Shown piece after piece: positions 48,628 through 60,248 of a stretch of DNA of 64,000 nucleotides. The position numbers and the translations under genes are program-made. Every line of letters starts with the position of its first letter. Within the stretch, counting starts at the first letter, position 1. Where the stretch lies: the NCBI RefSeq assembly GCF_030013205.1, contig NZ_CP122648.1. One strand, written 5' to 3'. Under the pieces are notes generated by a model. It was not told where the DNA came from. It ran no database searches and worked only from the letters and a program-made list of their open reading frames with translations. This DNA is from Escherichia coli (GTDB lineage Bacteria > Pseudomonadota > Gammaproteobacteria > Enterobacterales > Enterobacteriaceae).

Positions 48628-49011
48628 TTAACGCTTCTCCCAGCCGTCCTGTTGTGCCGTAAACCCCAATGCCTGCATAAACGCCGTCATCACGCCGCGA
48701 TCTTCCACGCCAGCATCCACCATCCACCAATATGAAACGCCAGGATTGTTACGCAAAACCTCTTCCAGCAGATATTGCCCCACACCGCGACGGCGGGTGA
48801 CTTCCCTCACACGCAGGGAATCCAGTGCCCCCTCGGTGCCGCTTAAGGTTACCCGCACGGCCGCGAGAAGGCGCTCGTTAAAACGCGCGGCGTAGATACG
48901 GTGGTTATCGTCAACCTGTAAAGAGGAAGGGGAATACTCCGGCCAGATCTTTTGCAGGTCAATCCGGTCCTGGTCGCTAAAGTTTTCTAATCGAATGATG
49001 GTCAGCTTCAT
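48628..49011 (-). CDS. panM: PanD maturation factor (GNAT-like)
   Basis: 127-aa ORF matching PanM/YhhK as recalled. Confidence 0.88.
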   Translation of the reverse strand: MKLTIIRLENFSDQDRIDLQKIWPEYSPSSLQVDDNHRIYAARFNERLLAAVRVTLSGTEGALDSLRVREVTRRRGVGQYLLEEVLRNNPGVSYWWMVDAGVEDRGVMTAFMQALGFTAQQDGWEKR

Positions 49012-49434
49012 GGGGAACCCGTGTAAATCACAAAAGTGGAACCAGTGTAGCGAAATAATTTAATCGGAGGCTTTCTCTTTTTTATTTCTTTTGGCAGGTG
49101 ATTAATTTTTTAACAGCAATAATTACAAAGTTAAAACATTATAGAATGAAAAATACCCAGCATAATCCCCTGAATGATAGTGAATTATTCCGCCCTTTAT
49201 GCCGTTATTTTATGCTGACAACGGCGCTTTTTTCTGTTTATCTATCAATAAATTCAGAATATTATCTGTTCTTAATCGACTGAAAAATAGGGATTTTAAT
49301 CGCTATCATCACAAAATACTGCGCTAAACCCTTAATCAGACAGGCAAAAACAGTGCAGTATAAAAAAAGAACAGTCTGATTTGTTAACACATAAGAACAA
49401 AGCAACACAACATCACGAATGGGGATTTTTGACT

Positions 49435-50544
49435 ATGAAACGGAATGCGAAAACTATCATCGCAGGGATGATTGCACTGGCAATTTCACACACCGCTATG
49501 GCTGATGATATTAAAGTCGCCGTTGTCGGCGCGATGTCCGGCCCGATTGCCCAGTGGGGCGATATGGAATTTAACGGCGCGCGTCAGGCGATTAAAGACA
49601 TTAATGCCAAAGGGGGAATTAAAGGCGATAAGCTGGTTGGCGTGGAATATGACGACGCCTGCGACCCGAAACAAGCCGTTGCGGTCGCCAACAAAATCGT
49701 TAACGACGGCATTAAATACGTTATTGGGCACCTGTGTTCCTCCTCTACCCAACCTGCATCAGATATCTATGAAGACGAAGGTATTCTGATGATCTCGCCG
49801 GGAGCGACCAACCCGGAGCTGACCCAACGCGGTTATCAACACATCATGCGTACTGCCGGGCTGGACTCTTCCCAGGGGCCAACGGCGGCAAAATACATTC
49901 TTGAGACGGTGAAGCCCCAGCGCATCGCCATCATTCACGACAAACAACAGTATGGCGAAGGGCTGGCACGTTCGGTGCAGGACGGGCTGAAAGCGGCTAA
50001 CGCCAACGTCGTCTTCTTCGACGGCATTACCGCTGGAGAGAAAGATTTTTCCGCGCTGATCGCCCGCCTGAAAAAAGAAAACATCGACTTCGTTTACTAC
50101 GGTGGTTACTACCCGGAAATGGGGCAGATGCTGCGCCAGGCCCGTTCTGTCGGCCTGAAAACCCAATTTATGGGGCCGGAAGGTGTGGGTAATGCGTCGC
50201 TGTCGAACATTGCTGGCGATGCTGCCGAAGGCATGTTGGTCACTATGCCAAAACGCTATGACCAGGATCCGGCAAACCAGGGCATCGTTGATGCGCTGAA
50301 AGCAGACAAGAAAGATCCGTCCGGGCCTTATGTCTGGATCACTTATGCGGCGGTGCAATCTCTGGCGACTGCCCTTGAGCGTACCGGCAGCGATGAGCCG
50401 CTGGCGCTGGTGAAAGATTTAAAAGCTAACGGTGCAAACACCGTGATTGGGCCGCTGAACTGGGATGAAAAAGGCGATCTTAAGGGATTTGATTTTGGTG
50501 TCTTCCAGTGGCACGCCGACGGTTCATCCACGGCAGCCAAGTGA
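49435..50544 (+). CDS. livK: periplasmic leucine-specific binding protein
   Basis: 369-codon frame [23 protein letters not shown]...; paralog of livJ. Confidence 0.93.
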
Positions 50545-50591
50545 TCATCCCACCGCCCGTGAAATGCGGGCGGGTTTAGAAAGGTTACCTT

Positions 50592-51518
50592 ATGTCTGAG
50601 CAGTTTTTGTATTTCTTGCAGCAGATGTTTAACGGCGTCACGCTGGGCAGTACCTACGCGCTGATAGCCATCGGCTACACCATGGTTTACGGCATTATCG
50701 GCATGATCAACTTCGCCCACGGCGAGGTTTATATGATTGGTAGCTATGTCTCCTTTATGATCATCGCCGCACTGATGATGATGGGCATTGATACCGGCTG
50801 GCTGCTGGTGGCGGCGGGATTCGTCGGCGCAATCGTCATCGCCAGCGCCTACGGCTGGAGTATCGAACGGGTGGCCTATCGCCCGGTGCGTAACTCTAAG
50901 CGCCTGATTGCGCTTATTTCCGCAATCGGCATGTCTATCTTCCTGCAAAACTACGTCAGCCTGACCGAAGGTTCGCGCGACGTGGCGCTGCCCAGTCTGT
51001 TTAACGGTCAGTGGGTGGTGGGGCATAGCGAAAACTTCTCTGCCTCTATTACCACCATGCAGGCGGTGATATGGATTGTTACTTTCCTCGCCATGCTGGC
51101 GCTGACGATTTTCATTCGTTATTCCCGCATGGGGCGCGCCTGCCGTGCCTGCGCCGAAGATCTGAAAATGGCTAGCCTGCTTGGCATTAACACCGACCGG
51201 GTGATTGCGCTGACCTTTGTGATTGGCGCGGCGATGGCGGCGGTGGCGGGCGTGCTGCTCGGTCAGTTCTACGGCGTCATTAACCCCTATATCGGCTTTA
51301 TGGCCGGGATGAAAGCCTTTACCGCTGCGGTGCTCGGTGGGATTGGCAGCATTCCGGGAGCGATGATTGGCGGCCTGATTCTGGGGATTGCGGAGGCGCT
51401 CTCTTCTGCCTATCTGAGTACGGAATATAAAGATGTGGTCTCATTCGCCCTGCTGATTCTGGTGTTGCTGGTGATGCCGACCGGTATTCTGGGTCGCCCG
51501 GAGGTAGAGAAAGTATGA
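50592..51518 (+). CDS. livH: branched-chain amino acid ABC permease
   Basis: 308-aa hydrophobic ORF. Confidence 0.93.
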   Translation: MSEQFLYFLQQMFNGVTLGSTYALIAIGYTMVYGIIGMINFAHGEVYMIGSYVSFMIIAALMMMGIDTGWLLVAAGFVGAIVIASAYGWSIERVAYRPVRNSKRLIALISAIGMSIFLQNYVSLTEGSRDVALPSLFNGQWVVGHSENFSASITTMQAVIWIVTFLAMLALTIFIRYSRMGRACRACAEDLKMASLLGINTDRVIALTFVIGAAMAAVAGVLLGQFYGVINPYIGFMAGMKAFTAAVLGGIGSIPGAMIGGLILGIAEALSSAYLSTEYKDVVSFALLILVLLVMPTGILGRPEVEKV

Positions 51519-52792
51519 AACCGATGCATATTGCAATGGCGCTGCTCTCTGCCGCGATGTTCTTTGTGCTGGCGGGCGTCTTTATGGGCGTGCAACTGGA
51601 GCTGGATGGCACCAAACTGGTGGTCGACACGGCTTCAGACATCCGTTGGCAGTGGGTGTTTATCGGCACGGCGGTGGTCTTTTTCTTCCAGATTTTGCGA
51701 CCTGCTTTCCAGAAAGGGCTGAAAAGCGTTTCCGGGCCGAAGTTTATTCTGCCAGCGATTGATGGCTCCACGGTGAAGCAAAAGCTGTTTCTCGTGGCGC
51801 TGCTGGTGCTTGCGGTGGCGTGGCCGTTTATGGTGTCGCGTGGGACGGTGGATATCGCCACTCTGACCATGATCTACATTATTCTCGGTCTCGGGTTGAA
51901 CGTGGTTGTTGGTCTTTCTGGTCTGCTGGTGCTGGGGTACGGCGGCTTTTACGCCATCGGCGCTTACACTTTTGCGCTGCTCAATCACTATTACGGTTTG
52001 GGCTTCTGGACCTGTCTGCCGATTGCCGGGTTAATGGCGGCGGCGGCGGGCTTCCTGCTCGGCTTCCCGGTGTTGCGTCTGCGCGGTGACTATCTGGCGA
52101 TCGTTACCCTCGGTTTCGGCGAAATTGTGCGCATATTGCTGCTCAATAACACCGAAATTACCGGCGGACCGAACGGTATCAGTCAGATCCCGAAACCGAC
52201 GCTCTTCGGACTCGAGTTCAGCCGTACCGCCCGTGAAGGCGGCTGGGACACGTTCAGTAATTTCTTTGGCCTGAAATACGATCCCTCCGATCGCGTTATC
52301 TTCCTGTACCTGGTGGCGTTGCTGCTAGTGGTGTTAAGCCTGTTTGTCATTAACCGCCTGCTGCGGATGCCGCTGGGGCGTGCGTGGGAAGCGTTGCGTG
52401 AAGATGAAATCGCTTGTCGTTCGCTGGGCTTAAGCCCGCGTCGTATCAAGCTGACTGCCTTTACCATCAGCGCTGCGTTTGCCGGTTTTGCCGGAACGCT
52501 GTTTGCTGCGCGCCAGGGCTTTGTCAGCCCTGAATCCTTCACTTTTGCCGAATCGGCGTTTGTGCTGGCGATAGTGGTGCTCGGCGGTATGGGCTCGCAA
52601 TTTGCAGTGATTCTGGCGGCAGTTCTGCTGGTGGTGTCGCGCGAATTGATGCGCGACTTTAACGAATACAGCATGTTAATGCTCGGTGGTTTGATGGTGC
52701 TGATGATGATCTGGCGTCCGCAGGGCTTGCTGCCCATGACGCGCCCGCAACTCAAGCTGAAAAACGGCGCAGCGAAAGGAGAGCAGGCATGA
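51515..52792 (+). CDS. livM: branched-chain amino acid ABC permease
   Basis: 425-aa hydrophobic ORF, 4-nt overlap with livH. Confidence 0.93.
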   Translation: MKPMHIAMALLSAAMFFVLAGVFMGVQLELDGTKLVVDTASDIRWQWVFIGTAVVFFFQILRPAFQKGLKSVSGPKFILPAIDGSTVKQKLFLVALLVLAVAWPFMVSRGTVDIATLTMIYIILGLGLNVVVGLSGLLVLGYGGFYAIGAYTFALLNHYYGLGFWTCLPIAGLMAAAAGFLLGFPVLRLRGDYLAIVTLGFGEIVRILLLNNTEITGGPNGISQIPKPTLFGLEFSRTAREGGWDTFSNFFGLKYDPSDRVIFLYLVALLLVVLSLFVINRLLRMPLGRAWEALREDEIACRSLGLSPRRIKLTAFTISAAFAGFAGTLFAARQGFVSPESFTFAESAFVLAIVVLGGMGSQFAVILAAVLLVVSRELMRDFNEYSMLMLGGLMVLMMIWRPQGLLPMTRPQLKLKNGAAKGEQA

Positions 52793-53556
52793 GTCAGCCA
52801 TTATTATCTGTTAACGGCCTGATGATGCGCTTCGGCGGCCTGCTGGCGGTGAACAACGTCAATCTTGAACTGTACCCGCAGGAGATCGTCTCGTTAATCG
52901 GCCCTAACGGTGCCGGAAAAACCACGGTCTTCAACTGCCTGACCGGATTCTATAAACCCACCGGCGGCACCATTTTACTGCGCGATCAGCATCTGGAAGG
53001 TTTGCCGGGGCAGCAAATTGCCCGCATGGGCGTGGTGCGAACCTTCCAGCATGTGCGTCTGTTCCGTGAAATGACGGTGATTGAAAACCTGCTGGTGGCG
53101 CAGCATCAGCAACTGAAAACCGGGCTGTTCTCTGGCCTGTTGAAAACGCCTTCTTTCCGTCGCGCCCAGAGCGAAGCGCTCGACCGCGCCGCTACCTGGC
53201 TTGAGCGCATTGGTTTGCTGGAACATGCCAACCGTCAGGCGAGTAACTTGGCCTATGGTGACCAGCGTCGTCTGGAGATTGCCCGCTGCATGGTGACGCA
53301 GCCGGAGATTTTAATGCTCGACGAACCTGCGGCAGGTCTTAACCCGAAAGAGACGAAAGAGCTGGATGAGCTGATTGCCGAACTGCGCAATCATCACAAC
53401 ACCACTATCTTGTTAATTGAACACGATATGAAGCTGGTGATGGGAATTTCGGACCGAATTTACGTGGTCAATCAGGGGACGCCACTGGCAAACGGTACGC
53501 CGGAGCAAATCCGTAATAACCCGGACGTGATCCGTGCCTATTTAGGTGAGGCATAA
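52789..53556 (+). CDS. livG: branched-chain amino acid ABC ATPase
   Basis: 255-aa ORF with Walker [10 protein letters not shown]. Confidence 0.93.
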   Translation: MSQPLLSVNGLMMRFGGLLAVNNVNLELYPQEIVSLIGPNGAGKTTVFNCLTGFYKPTGGTILLRDQHLEGLPGQQIARMGVVRTFQHVRLFREMTVIENLLVAQHQQLKTGLFSGLLKTPSFRRAQSEALDRAATWLERIGLLEHANRQASNLAYGDQRRLEIARCMVTQPEILMLDEPAAGLNPKETKELDELIAELRNHHNTTILLIEHDMKLVMGISDRIYVVNQGTPLANGTPEQIRNNPDVIRAYLGEA

Positions 53557-53557
53557 G

Positions 53558-54271
53558 ATGGAAAAAGTCATGTTGTCCTTTGACAAAGTCAGCGCCCACT
53601 ACGGCAAAATCCAGGCGCTGCATGAGGTGAGCCTGCATATCAATCAGGGCGAGATTGTCACCCTTATTGGCGCGAACGGGGCGGGGAAAACCACCTTGCT
53701 CGGCACGTTATGCGGCGATCCGCGCGCCACCAGCGGGCGAATTGTGTTTGATGATAAAGACATTACCGACTGGCAGACGGCGAAAATCATGCGCGAAGCG
53801 GTAGCGATTGTCCCGGAAGGGCGTCGCGTCTTCTCGCGGATGACGGTGGAAGAGAACCTCGCGATGGGCGGCTTTTTTGCCGAACGCGACCAGTTCCAGG
53901 AGCGCATAAAGTGGGTGTATGAACTGTTTCCACGTCTGCATGAGCGCCGTGTTCAGCGGGCAGGCACCATGTCCGGCGGTGAGCAGCAGATGCTGGCGAT
54001 TGGTCGCGCGCTGATGAGCAACCCGCGTTTATTGTTGCTTGATGAGCCATCGCTCGGTCTTGCGCCGATTATCATCCAGCAAATTTTCGACACCATCGAG
54101 CAGCTGCGCGAGCAGGGGATGACTATCTTCCTCGTTGAGCAGAACGCCAACCAGGCGCTGAAGCTCGCTGATCGCGGCTACGTTCTGGAAAACGGTCATG
54201 TGGTGCTCTCCGATACCGGCGACGCGCTGCTGGCAAATGAAGCGGTGAGAAGTGCGTATTTAGGCGGGTAA
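53558..54271 (+). CDS. livF: branched-chain amino acid ABC ATPase
   Basis: 237-codon frame MEKVMLSFDK... with Walker A GANGAGKTT. Confidence 0.92.
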   Translation: MEKVMLSFDKVSAHYGKIQALHEVSLHINQGEIVTLIGANGAGKTTLLGTLCGDPRATSGRIVFDDKDITDWQTAKIMREAVAIVPEGRRVFSRMTVEENLAMGGFFAERDQFQERIKWVYELFPRLHERRVQRAGTMSGGEQQMLAIGRALMSNPRLLLLDEPSLGLAPIIIQQIFDTIEQLREQGMTIFLVEQNANQALKLADRGYVLENGHVVLSDTGDALLANEAVRSAYLGG

Positions 54272-54299
54272 TAACACGTTGATTGATAAGGAGTCAAAA

Positions 54300-54440
<141 letters not shown>

Positions 54441-54531
54441 TGAGCAATCTGTAGAGTTTGATTCAGACCTTCTATTTTTCCCGCTTATCCGTGCCCCATC
54501 TCCCATTTTCCCTCACCCACGCCGTCACCGC

Positions 54532-54550
54532 CTTGTCATCTTTCTGACAC
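54532..54550 (+). promoter_or_regulatory. candidate PhoB binding site (pho box) in the ugpB promoter
   Basis: cttgtcat cttt ctgacac resembles two CTGTCAT direct repeats with 4-nt spacing, about 120 bp upstream of ugpB. Confidence 0.5.
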
Positions 54551-54668
54551 CTTACTATCTTACAAATGTAACAAAAAAGTTATTTTTCTGTAATTCGAGC
54601 ATGTCATGTTACCCCGCGAGCATAAAAAGCGTGAATTCGCGCATTCGGTACAACAAGAGAGATAAACG

Positions 54669-55985
54669 ATGAAACCGTTACATTATACAGCTTCAGCACT
54701 GGCGCTCGGACTGGCGTTAATGGGGAATGCACAGGCAGTGACGACCATTCCGTTCTGGCATTCTATGGAAGGGGAACTGGGTAAAGAGGTGGATTCTCTG
54801 GCCCAACGTTTTAACGCCGAAAACCCGGATTACAAAATTGTACCGACCTATAAAGGCAACTACGAACAGAATTTAAGCGCGGGGATTGCCGCATTTCGTA
54901 CCGGCAACGCGCCTGCTATTTTGCAGGTTTATGAAGTTGGCACCGCCACCATGATGGCGTCGAAAGCCATTAAACCGGTGTATGACGTGTTTAAAGAGGC
55001 GGGGATTCAGTTCGATGAGTCGCAGTTTGTGCCGACGGTTTCAGGCTATTACTCCGACAGCAAAACCGGCCACTTACTCTCCCAGCCGTTCAATAGCTCG
55101 ACTCCTGTTCTCTATTACAACAAAGACGCCTTCAAGAAAGCGGGGTTAGACCCGGAACAGCCGCCGAAAACTTGGCAGGATCTGGCGGACTATGCCGCAA
55201 AACTGAAAGCCTCCGGCATGAAGTGCGGCTACGCCAGCGGCTGGCAGGGCTGGATCCAACTGGAAAACTTTAGCGCCTGGAACGGTCTGCCGTTTGCCAG
55301 CAAAAACAACGGCTTTGACGGCACGGACGCGGTGCTGGAGTTCAACAAGCCGGAGCAGGTGAAACACATCGCCATGCTCGAAGATATGAACAAGAAGGGC
55401 GACTTCAGCTACGTCGGTCGTAAGGATGAATCCACCGAGAAGTTCTATAACGGTGATTGCGCGATGACCACCGCCTCTTCTGGTTCTCTTGCCAATATTC
55501 GTGAGTACGCCAAATTCAACTACGGCGTAGGTATGATGCCTTACGACGCCGATGCGAAAGATGCGCCACAAAACGCCATTATCGGCGGAGCCAGCCTGTG
55601 GGTGATGCAGGGCAAAGATAAAGAAACGTATACCGGCGTGGCGAAGTTTCTCGACTTCCTCGCGAAGCCAGAAAACGCTGCCGAGTGGCATCAGAAAACT
55701 GGTTATCTGCCAATCACCAAAGCGGCGTATGACCTGACCCGTGAGCAGGGTTTTTATGAGAAAAACCCAGGGGCGGATACCGCGACGCGTCAGATGCTGA
55801 ATAAGCCGCCGTTACCGTTCACCAAAGGGCTGCGTCTGGGCAACATGCCGCAGATCCGCGTGATTGTGGATGAAGAGCTGGAGAGCGTGTGGACCGGTAA
55901 GAAGACACCGCAGCAGGCGCTGGATACCGCCGTTGAGCGTGGGAACCAGTTACTGCGCCGCTTTGAGCAGTCTACGAAGTCTTAA
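54669..55985 (+). CDS. ugpB: periplasmic sn-glycerol-3-phosphate-binding protein
   Basis: 438-aa ORF with signal peptide. Confidence 0.93.
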   Translation: MKPLHYTASALALGLALMGNAQAVTTIPFWHSMEGELGKEVDSLAQRFNAENPDYKIVPTYKGNYEQNLSAGIAAFRTGNAPAILQVYEVGTATMMASKAIKPVYDVFKEAGIQFDESQFVPTVSGYYSDSKTGHLLSQPFNSSTPVLYYNKDAFKKAGLDPEQPPKTWQDLADYAAKLKASGMKCGYASGWQGWIQLENFSAWNGLPFASKNNGFDGTDAVLEFNKPEQVKHIAMLEDMNKKGDFSYVGRKDESTEKFYNGDCAMTTASSGSLANIREYAKFNYGVGMMPYDADAKDAPQNAIIGGASLWVMQGKDKETYTGVAKFLDFLAKPENAAEWHQKTGYLPITKAAYDLTREQGFYEKNPGADTATRQMLNKPPLPFTKGLRLGNMPQIRVIVDEELESVWTGKKTPQQALDTAVERGNQLLRRFEQSTKS

Positions 55986-55989
55986 TTCT

Positions 55990-56140
55990 CTTACCCTCAC
56001 CCTAACCCTCTCCCAAAGGGAGAGGGGACCGATCGGCGTGGTATCCAGGTGCCGTGTCGGTTTGCAACTTCGCTCGGTGGGAAAGTATGCACCGCCTTTC
56101 TCCCTCGCCCCTCTGGGGAGAGGGCCGGGGTGAGGGGAAC
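55990..56140. repeat. inverted pair of GC-rich palindromic repeat units in the ugpB-ugpA spacer
   Basis: ccctcaccctaaccctctcccaaagggagagggg at the left and ctccctcgcccctctggggagagggccggggtgagggg inverted at the right, about 65 bp apart; same unit as 36813..36853. Confidence 0.65.
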
Positions 56141-56160
56141 ACAACACGAAGAGTTTAACT

Positions 56161-57048
56161 ATGTCATCATCCCGTCCGGTGTTCCGCTCGCGCTGGCTGC
56201 CCTATTTGCTGGTCGCGCCGCAGCTCATCATCACCGTTATCTTTTTTATCTGGCCTGCGGGCGAAGCGTTGTGGTACTCGCTGCAAAGCGTCGATCCGTT
56301 TGGTTTCTCCAGCCAGTTTGTCGGCCTGGATAACTTCGTCGCGCTGTTTCATGACAGCTACTATCTCGACTCCTTCTGGACGACGATAAAATTCAGCACC
56401 TTTGTTACCGTCAGCGGTTTGCTGGTGTCGCTGTTCTTCGCGGCGCTGGTGGAGTACATCGTGCGCGGCAGCCGTTTCTATCAAACCTTGATGCTGCTGC
56501 CGTATGCCGTGGCTCCCGCCGTTGCCGCCGTATTGTGGATCTTCCTGTTTAACCCTGGTCGCGGGCTGATCACCCATTTTCTCGCTGAGTTCGGCTACGA
56601 CTGGAACCACGCGCAAAACAGCGGTCAGGCGATGTTTCTGGTGGTGTTTGCCTCGGTGTGGAAGCAAATCAGCTACAACTTTCTGTTCTTCTATGCCGCG
56701 CTGCAATCCATTCCCCGTTCGTTGATCGAAGCCGCAGCCATCGACGGTGCAGGGCCGATTCGCCGCTTCTTTAAAATTGCTCTACCGCTTATCGCTCCGG
56801 TGAGTTTCTTCCTGCTGGTGGTGAACCTGGTGTACGCCTTCTTCGATACCTTCCCGGTGATCGACGCCGCCACGTCCGGCGGGCCGGTTCAGGCCACCAC
56901 GACGCTGATTTATAAGATCTACCGCGAAGGCTTTACCGGACTGGATCTGGCTTCGTCTGCCGCGCAGTCGGTGGTGTTGATGTTCCTCGTCATCGTGCTG
57001 ACGGTGGTGCAGTTCCGCTATGTTGAAAGCAAGGTGCGTTACCAATGA
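56161..57048 (+). CDS. ugpA: glycerol-3-phosphate ABC permease
   Basis: 295-aa hydrophobic ORF. Confidence 0.93.
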   Translation: MSSSRPVFRSRWLPYLLVAPQLIITVIFFIWPAGEALWYSLQSVDPFGFSSQFVGLDNFVALFHDSYYLDSFWTTIKFSTFVTVSGLLVSLFFAALVEYIVRGSRFYQTLMLLPYAVAPAVAAVLWIFLFNPGRGLITHFLAEFGYDWNHAQNSGQAMFLVVFASVWKQISYNFLFFYAALQSIPRSLIEAAAIDGAGPIRRFFKIALPLIAPVSFFLLVVNLVYAFFDTFPVIDAATSGGPVQATTTLIYKIYREGFTGLDLASSAAQSVVLMFLVIVLTVVQFRYVESKVRYQ

Positions 57049-57890
57049 TTGAGAACCGTCCGTGGCTGACGATATTCAGCCATACCATGCTGATCCTCGG
57101 GATCGCGGTGATCCTCTTCCCGCTGTACGTGGCGTTTGTCGCGGCGACGCTGGATAAACAGGCCGTCTACGCCGCGCCGATGACGCTCATCCCCGGCCCA
57201 CATCTGCTGGAAAACATCCATAACATCTGGGTGAACGGGGTAGGCACGAATAGTGCGCCTTTCTGGCGGATGTTGCTTAACAGCTTTGTGATGGCGTTCA
57301 GCATTACGCTCGGCAAAATTACCGTCTCGATGCTCTCGGCATTTGCCATTGTCTGGTTTCGTTTTCCGCTGCGTAACCTCTTCTTCTGGATGATTTTTAT
57401 TACTCTGATGTTGCCGGTTGAAGTGCGTATCTTCCCGACGGTGGAAGTCATCGCCAACCTGAAGATGCTCGACAGCTACGCCGGTTTAACGCTGCCGCTG
57501 ATGGCCTCGGCGACCGCCACGTTTCTTTTCCGCCAGTTCTTTATGACGCTGCCGGATGAGCTGGTGGAAGCGGCGCGGATCGACGGTGCGTCACCAATGC
57601 GCTTCTTTTGCGACATCGTTTTTCCGCTCTCCAAAACTAATCTGGCGGCGCTGTTTGTGATCACCTTTATTTACGGCTGGAACCAGTATTTGTGGCCGTT
57701 GTTGATTATTACCGACGTGGATCTCGGCACCACCGTGGCAGGGATTAAAGGGATGATCGCCACAGGCGAAGGCACAACGGAATGGAACTCGGTGATGGCG
57801 GCGATGTTGTTAACCCTGATCCCACCAGTAGTGATTGTTTTAGTGATGCAGCGTGCCTTCGTGCGCGGCCTGGTCGATAGTGAGAAATAA
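57045..57890 (+). CDS. ugpE: glycerol-3-phosphate ABC permease
   Basis: 281-aa hydrophobic ORF, 4-nt overlap with ugpA. Confidence 0.93.
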   Translation: MIENRPWLTIFSHTMLILGIAVILFPLYVAFVAATLDKQAVYAAPMTLIPGPHLLENIHNIWVNGVGTNSAPFWRMLLNSFVMAFSITLGKITVSMLSAFAIVWFRFPLRNLFFWMIFITLMLPVEVRIFPTVEVIANLKMLDSYAGLTLPLMASATATFLFRQFFMTLPDELVEAARIDGASPMRFFCDIVFPLSKTNLAALFVITFIYGWNQYLWPLLIITDVDLGTTVAGIKGMIATGEGTTEWNSVMAAMLLTLIPPVVIVLVMQRAFVRGLVDSEK

Positions 57891-57891
57891 G

Positions 57892-58962
57892 ATGGCAGGA
57901 CTGAAATTACAGGCAGTAACCAAAAGCTGGGATGGCAAAACCCAGGTCATTAAACCGCTGACCCTTGATGTGGCGGATGGCGAATTTATCGTGATGGTCG
58001 GGCCGTCTGGCTGCGGGAAATCGACGTTATTGCGAATGGTGGCCGGACTGGAGCGGGTAACGACGGGCGATATCTGGATCGACCGCAAGCGTGTCACCGA
58101 AATGGAGCCGAAAGATCGCGGGATTGCGATGGTGTTCCAGAACTACGCGCTCTATCCGCATATGAGCGTAGAGGAGAACATGGCGTGGGGGCTGAAAATT
58201 CGCGGCATGGGCAAGCAACAAATTGCCGAACGTGTTAAAGAAGCGGCGCGCATTCTGGAGCTGGACGGCCTGCTTAAGCGCCGCCCGCGTGAGCTATCTG
58301 GCGGTCAGCGTCAGCGTGTGGCGATGGGGCGTGCGATTGTGCGTGAGCCGGCAGTGTTCCTGTTTGATGAGCCGCTCTCTAACCTCGATGCCAAGTTGCG
58401 CGTACAGATGCGTCTTGAACTGCAACAGCTGCACCGTCGCCTGAAAACGACTTCACTCTACGTTACTCACGATCAGGTTGAGGCGATGACGCTCGCCCAG
58501 CGAGTAATGGTGATGAACGGCGGCGTTGCCGAACAGATTGGCACGCCAGTTGAAGTCTACGAAAAGCCCGCCAGCCTGTTTGTGGCGAGTTTTATTGGCA
58601 GTCCGGCGATGAATCTGCTGACAGGCCGCGTGAATAATGAAGGCACGCATTTTGAACTGGACGGCGGTATCGTGCTACCGCTAAACGGTGGCTACCGTCA
58701 GTATGCCGGGCGTAAAATGACTCTCGGCATTCGCCCGGAACATATTGCGCTAAGCTCGCAGGCAGAAGGCGGCGTACCGCTGGTGATGGACACGCTGGAG
58801 ATCCTCGGCGCAGATAACCTGGCGCACGGACGCTGGGGCGAACAGAAGCTGGTGGTGCGACTGGCGCATCAGGAGCGCCCGACGGCAGGCAGCACGCTGT
58901 GGCTGCATCTGCCGGAAAATCAGCTGCATCTTTTTGATGGTGAAACAGGACAACGAGTATGA
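57892..58962 (+). CDS. ugpC: glycerol-3-phosphate ABC ATPase
   Basis: 356-codon frame [11 protein letters not shown]... with Walker [10 protein letters not shown]. Confidence 0.93.
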   Translation: MAGLKLQAVTKSWDGKTQVIKPLTLDVADGEFIVMVGPSGCGKSTLLRMVAGLERVTTGDIWIDRKRVTEMEPKDRGIAMVFQNYALYPHMSVEENMAWGLKIRGMGKQQIAERVKEAARILELDGLLKRRPRELSGGQRQRVAMGRAIVREPAVFLFDEPLSNLDAKLRVQMRLELQQLHRRLKTTSLYVTHDQVEAMTLAQRVMVMNGGVAEQIGTPVEVYEKPASLFVASFIGSPAMNLLTGRVNNEGTHFELDGGIVLPLNGGYRQYAGRKMTLGIRPEHIALSSQAEGGVPLVMDTLEILGADNLAHGRWGEQKLVVRLAHQERPTAGSTLWLHLPENQLHLFDGETGQRV

Positions 58963-59702
58963 GTAACTGGCCTTATCCCCGCATCGTCGCTCATCGTGGC
59001 GGCGGTAAGCTGGCCCCGGAGAACACCCTGGCAGCAATCGACGTCGGGGCAAAATACGGTCATAAGATGATCGAATTTGACGCGAAGTTATCGAAAGATG
59101 GCGAGATCTTCCTGCTCCATGACGACAATCTTGAACGCACCAGCAACGGCTGGGGCGTCGCGGGCGATCTGAACTGGCAGGATTTACTGCGCGTGGATGC
59201 AGGCAGTTGGTACAGCAAAGCGTTTAAAGGTGAGCCGCTACCGTTGCTTTCGCAGGTGGCGGAACGCTGTCGCGAACACGGGATGATGGCGAATATCGAA
59301 ATCAAACCCACCACTGGCACCGGGCCATTAACGGGCAAAATGGTGGCGCTGGCGGCACGCGAACTGTGGGCCGGAATGACGCCGCCGCTGCTGTCATCGT
59401 TTGAGATTGATGCTTTAGAAGCCGCGCAACAAGCAGTACCAGAACTGCCGCGCGGTTTATTGCTTGATGAGTGGCGCGACGACTGGCGAGAACTGACCGC
59501 GCGGCTGGGCTGCGTCTCTATTCATCTCAATCATAAGTTGCTCGATAAAGCGCGAGTGATGCAGTTGAAAGACGCCGGATTACGGATTCTGGTTTATACC
59601 GTCAATAAACCCCAGCGCGCGGCAGAGTTGCTGCGCTGGGGCGTGGATTGCATCTGTACCGATGCGATTGATGTGATTGGTCCGAACTTTACGGCCCAAT
59701 AG
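58959..59702 (+). CDS. ugpQ: glycerophosphodiester phosphodiesterase
   Basis: 247-aa ORF matching UgpQ as recalled. Confidence 0.93.
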   Translation: MSNWPYPRIVAHRGGGKLAPENTLAAIDVGAKYGHKMIEFDAKLSKDGEIFLLHDDNLERTSNGWGVAGDLNWQDLLRVDAGSWYSKAFKGEPLPLLSQVAERCREHGMMANIEIKPTTGTGPLTGKMVALAARELWAGMTPPLLSSFEIDALEAAQQAVPELPRGLLLDEWRDDWRELTARLGCVSIHLNHKLLDKARVMQLKDAGLRILVYTVNKPQRAAELLRWGVDCICTDAIDVIGPNFTAQ

Positions 59703-60129
59703 TTTTCAACGGTATATCAGGCTGCGGCGTGCCGGGCTGATTCAGCATGTCGCCGTTTCTCCTCTCCGGCAACATATGCTGCTGATTCAACGAACTATCC
59801 GGATTACGGTTGCTGTTTAACATCCCGCCATTGGTGTTGGGCAGCATTTGCTGCCGGGCGGGATTTCGCTCCCCCGGCTGTGACTGCAACACCCGCTGAG
59901 AATTATTGTTTATCTGGTTTTCTAAATGCTGTTGTTGCAGCTGCGTTTGCGTTTTCAGTTGCTGATTCAGCATCCCTTTTTGCTGGATTTGCTGCGTTTG
60001 CATTTGGGTTTGCATCCGCTGCTGGCTGGGGATCTGATATCCCGGCTGGTTGGGGTTGTTCAGAGTATTAATGGGCTGTGCAAAGCCGACAAACGGCAGG
60101 AGTGCCGTAAGAATCAGAAGTCGTTTCAT
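59689..60129 (-). CDS. yhhA: Q-rich secreted protein (DUF2756)
   Basis: 146-aa ORF with signal peptide and Gln/Asn-rich low-complexity repeats; 3' end overlaps ugpQ by 14 nt. Confidence 0.85.
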   Translation of the reverse strand: MKRLLILTALLPFVGFAQPINTLNNPNQPGYQIPSQQRMQTQMQTQQIQQKGMLNQQLKTQTQLQQQHLENQINNNSQRVLQSQPGERNPARQQMLPNTNGGMLNSNRNPDSSLNQQHMLPERRNGDMLNQPGTPQPDIPLKTIGP

Positions 60130-60248
60130 CGCGTATCCTCCTCTGAAGATATCCTTTAAGTTTACTCGCTTCCCGGCAAAACGATGATTAATTCAGAGTT
60201 ATATACCAGGCTTAGCTGGGGTTGCCCCTTAATCTCTGGAGAATAACG

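Noticed and set aside
49098-49283. 61-aa ORF in the AT-rich panM-livK intergenic region
   Set aside because: No ribosome-binding site and composition typical of AT-rich promoter DNA; more likely the livK regulatory region
50343-51026. 227-aa minus-strand ORF spanning the livK-livH junction
   Set aside because: Antisense to two conserved genes and their intergenic region
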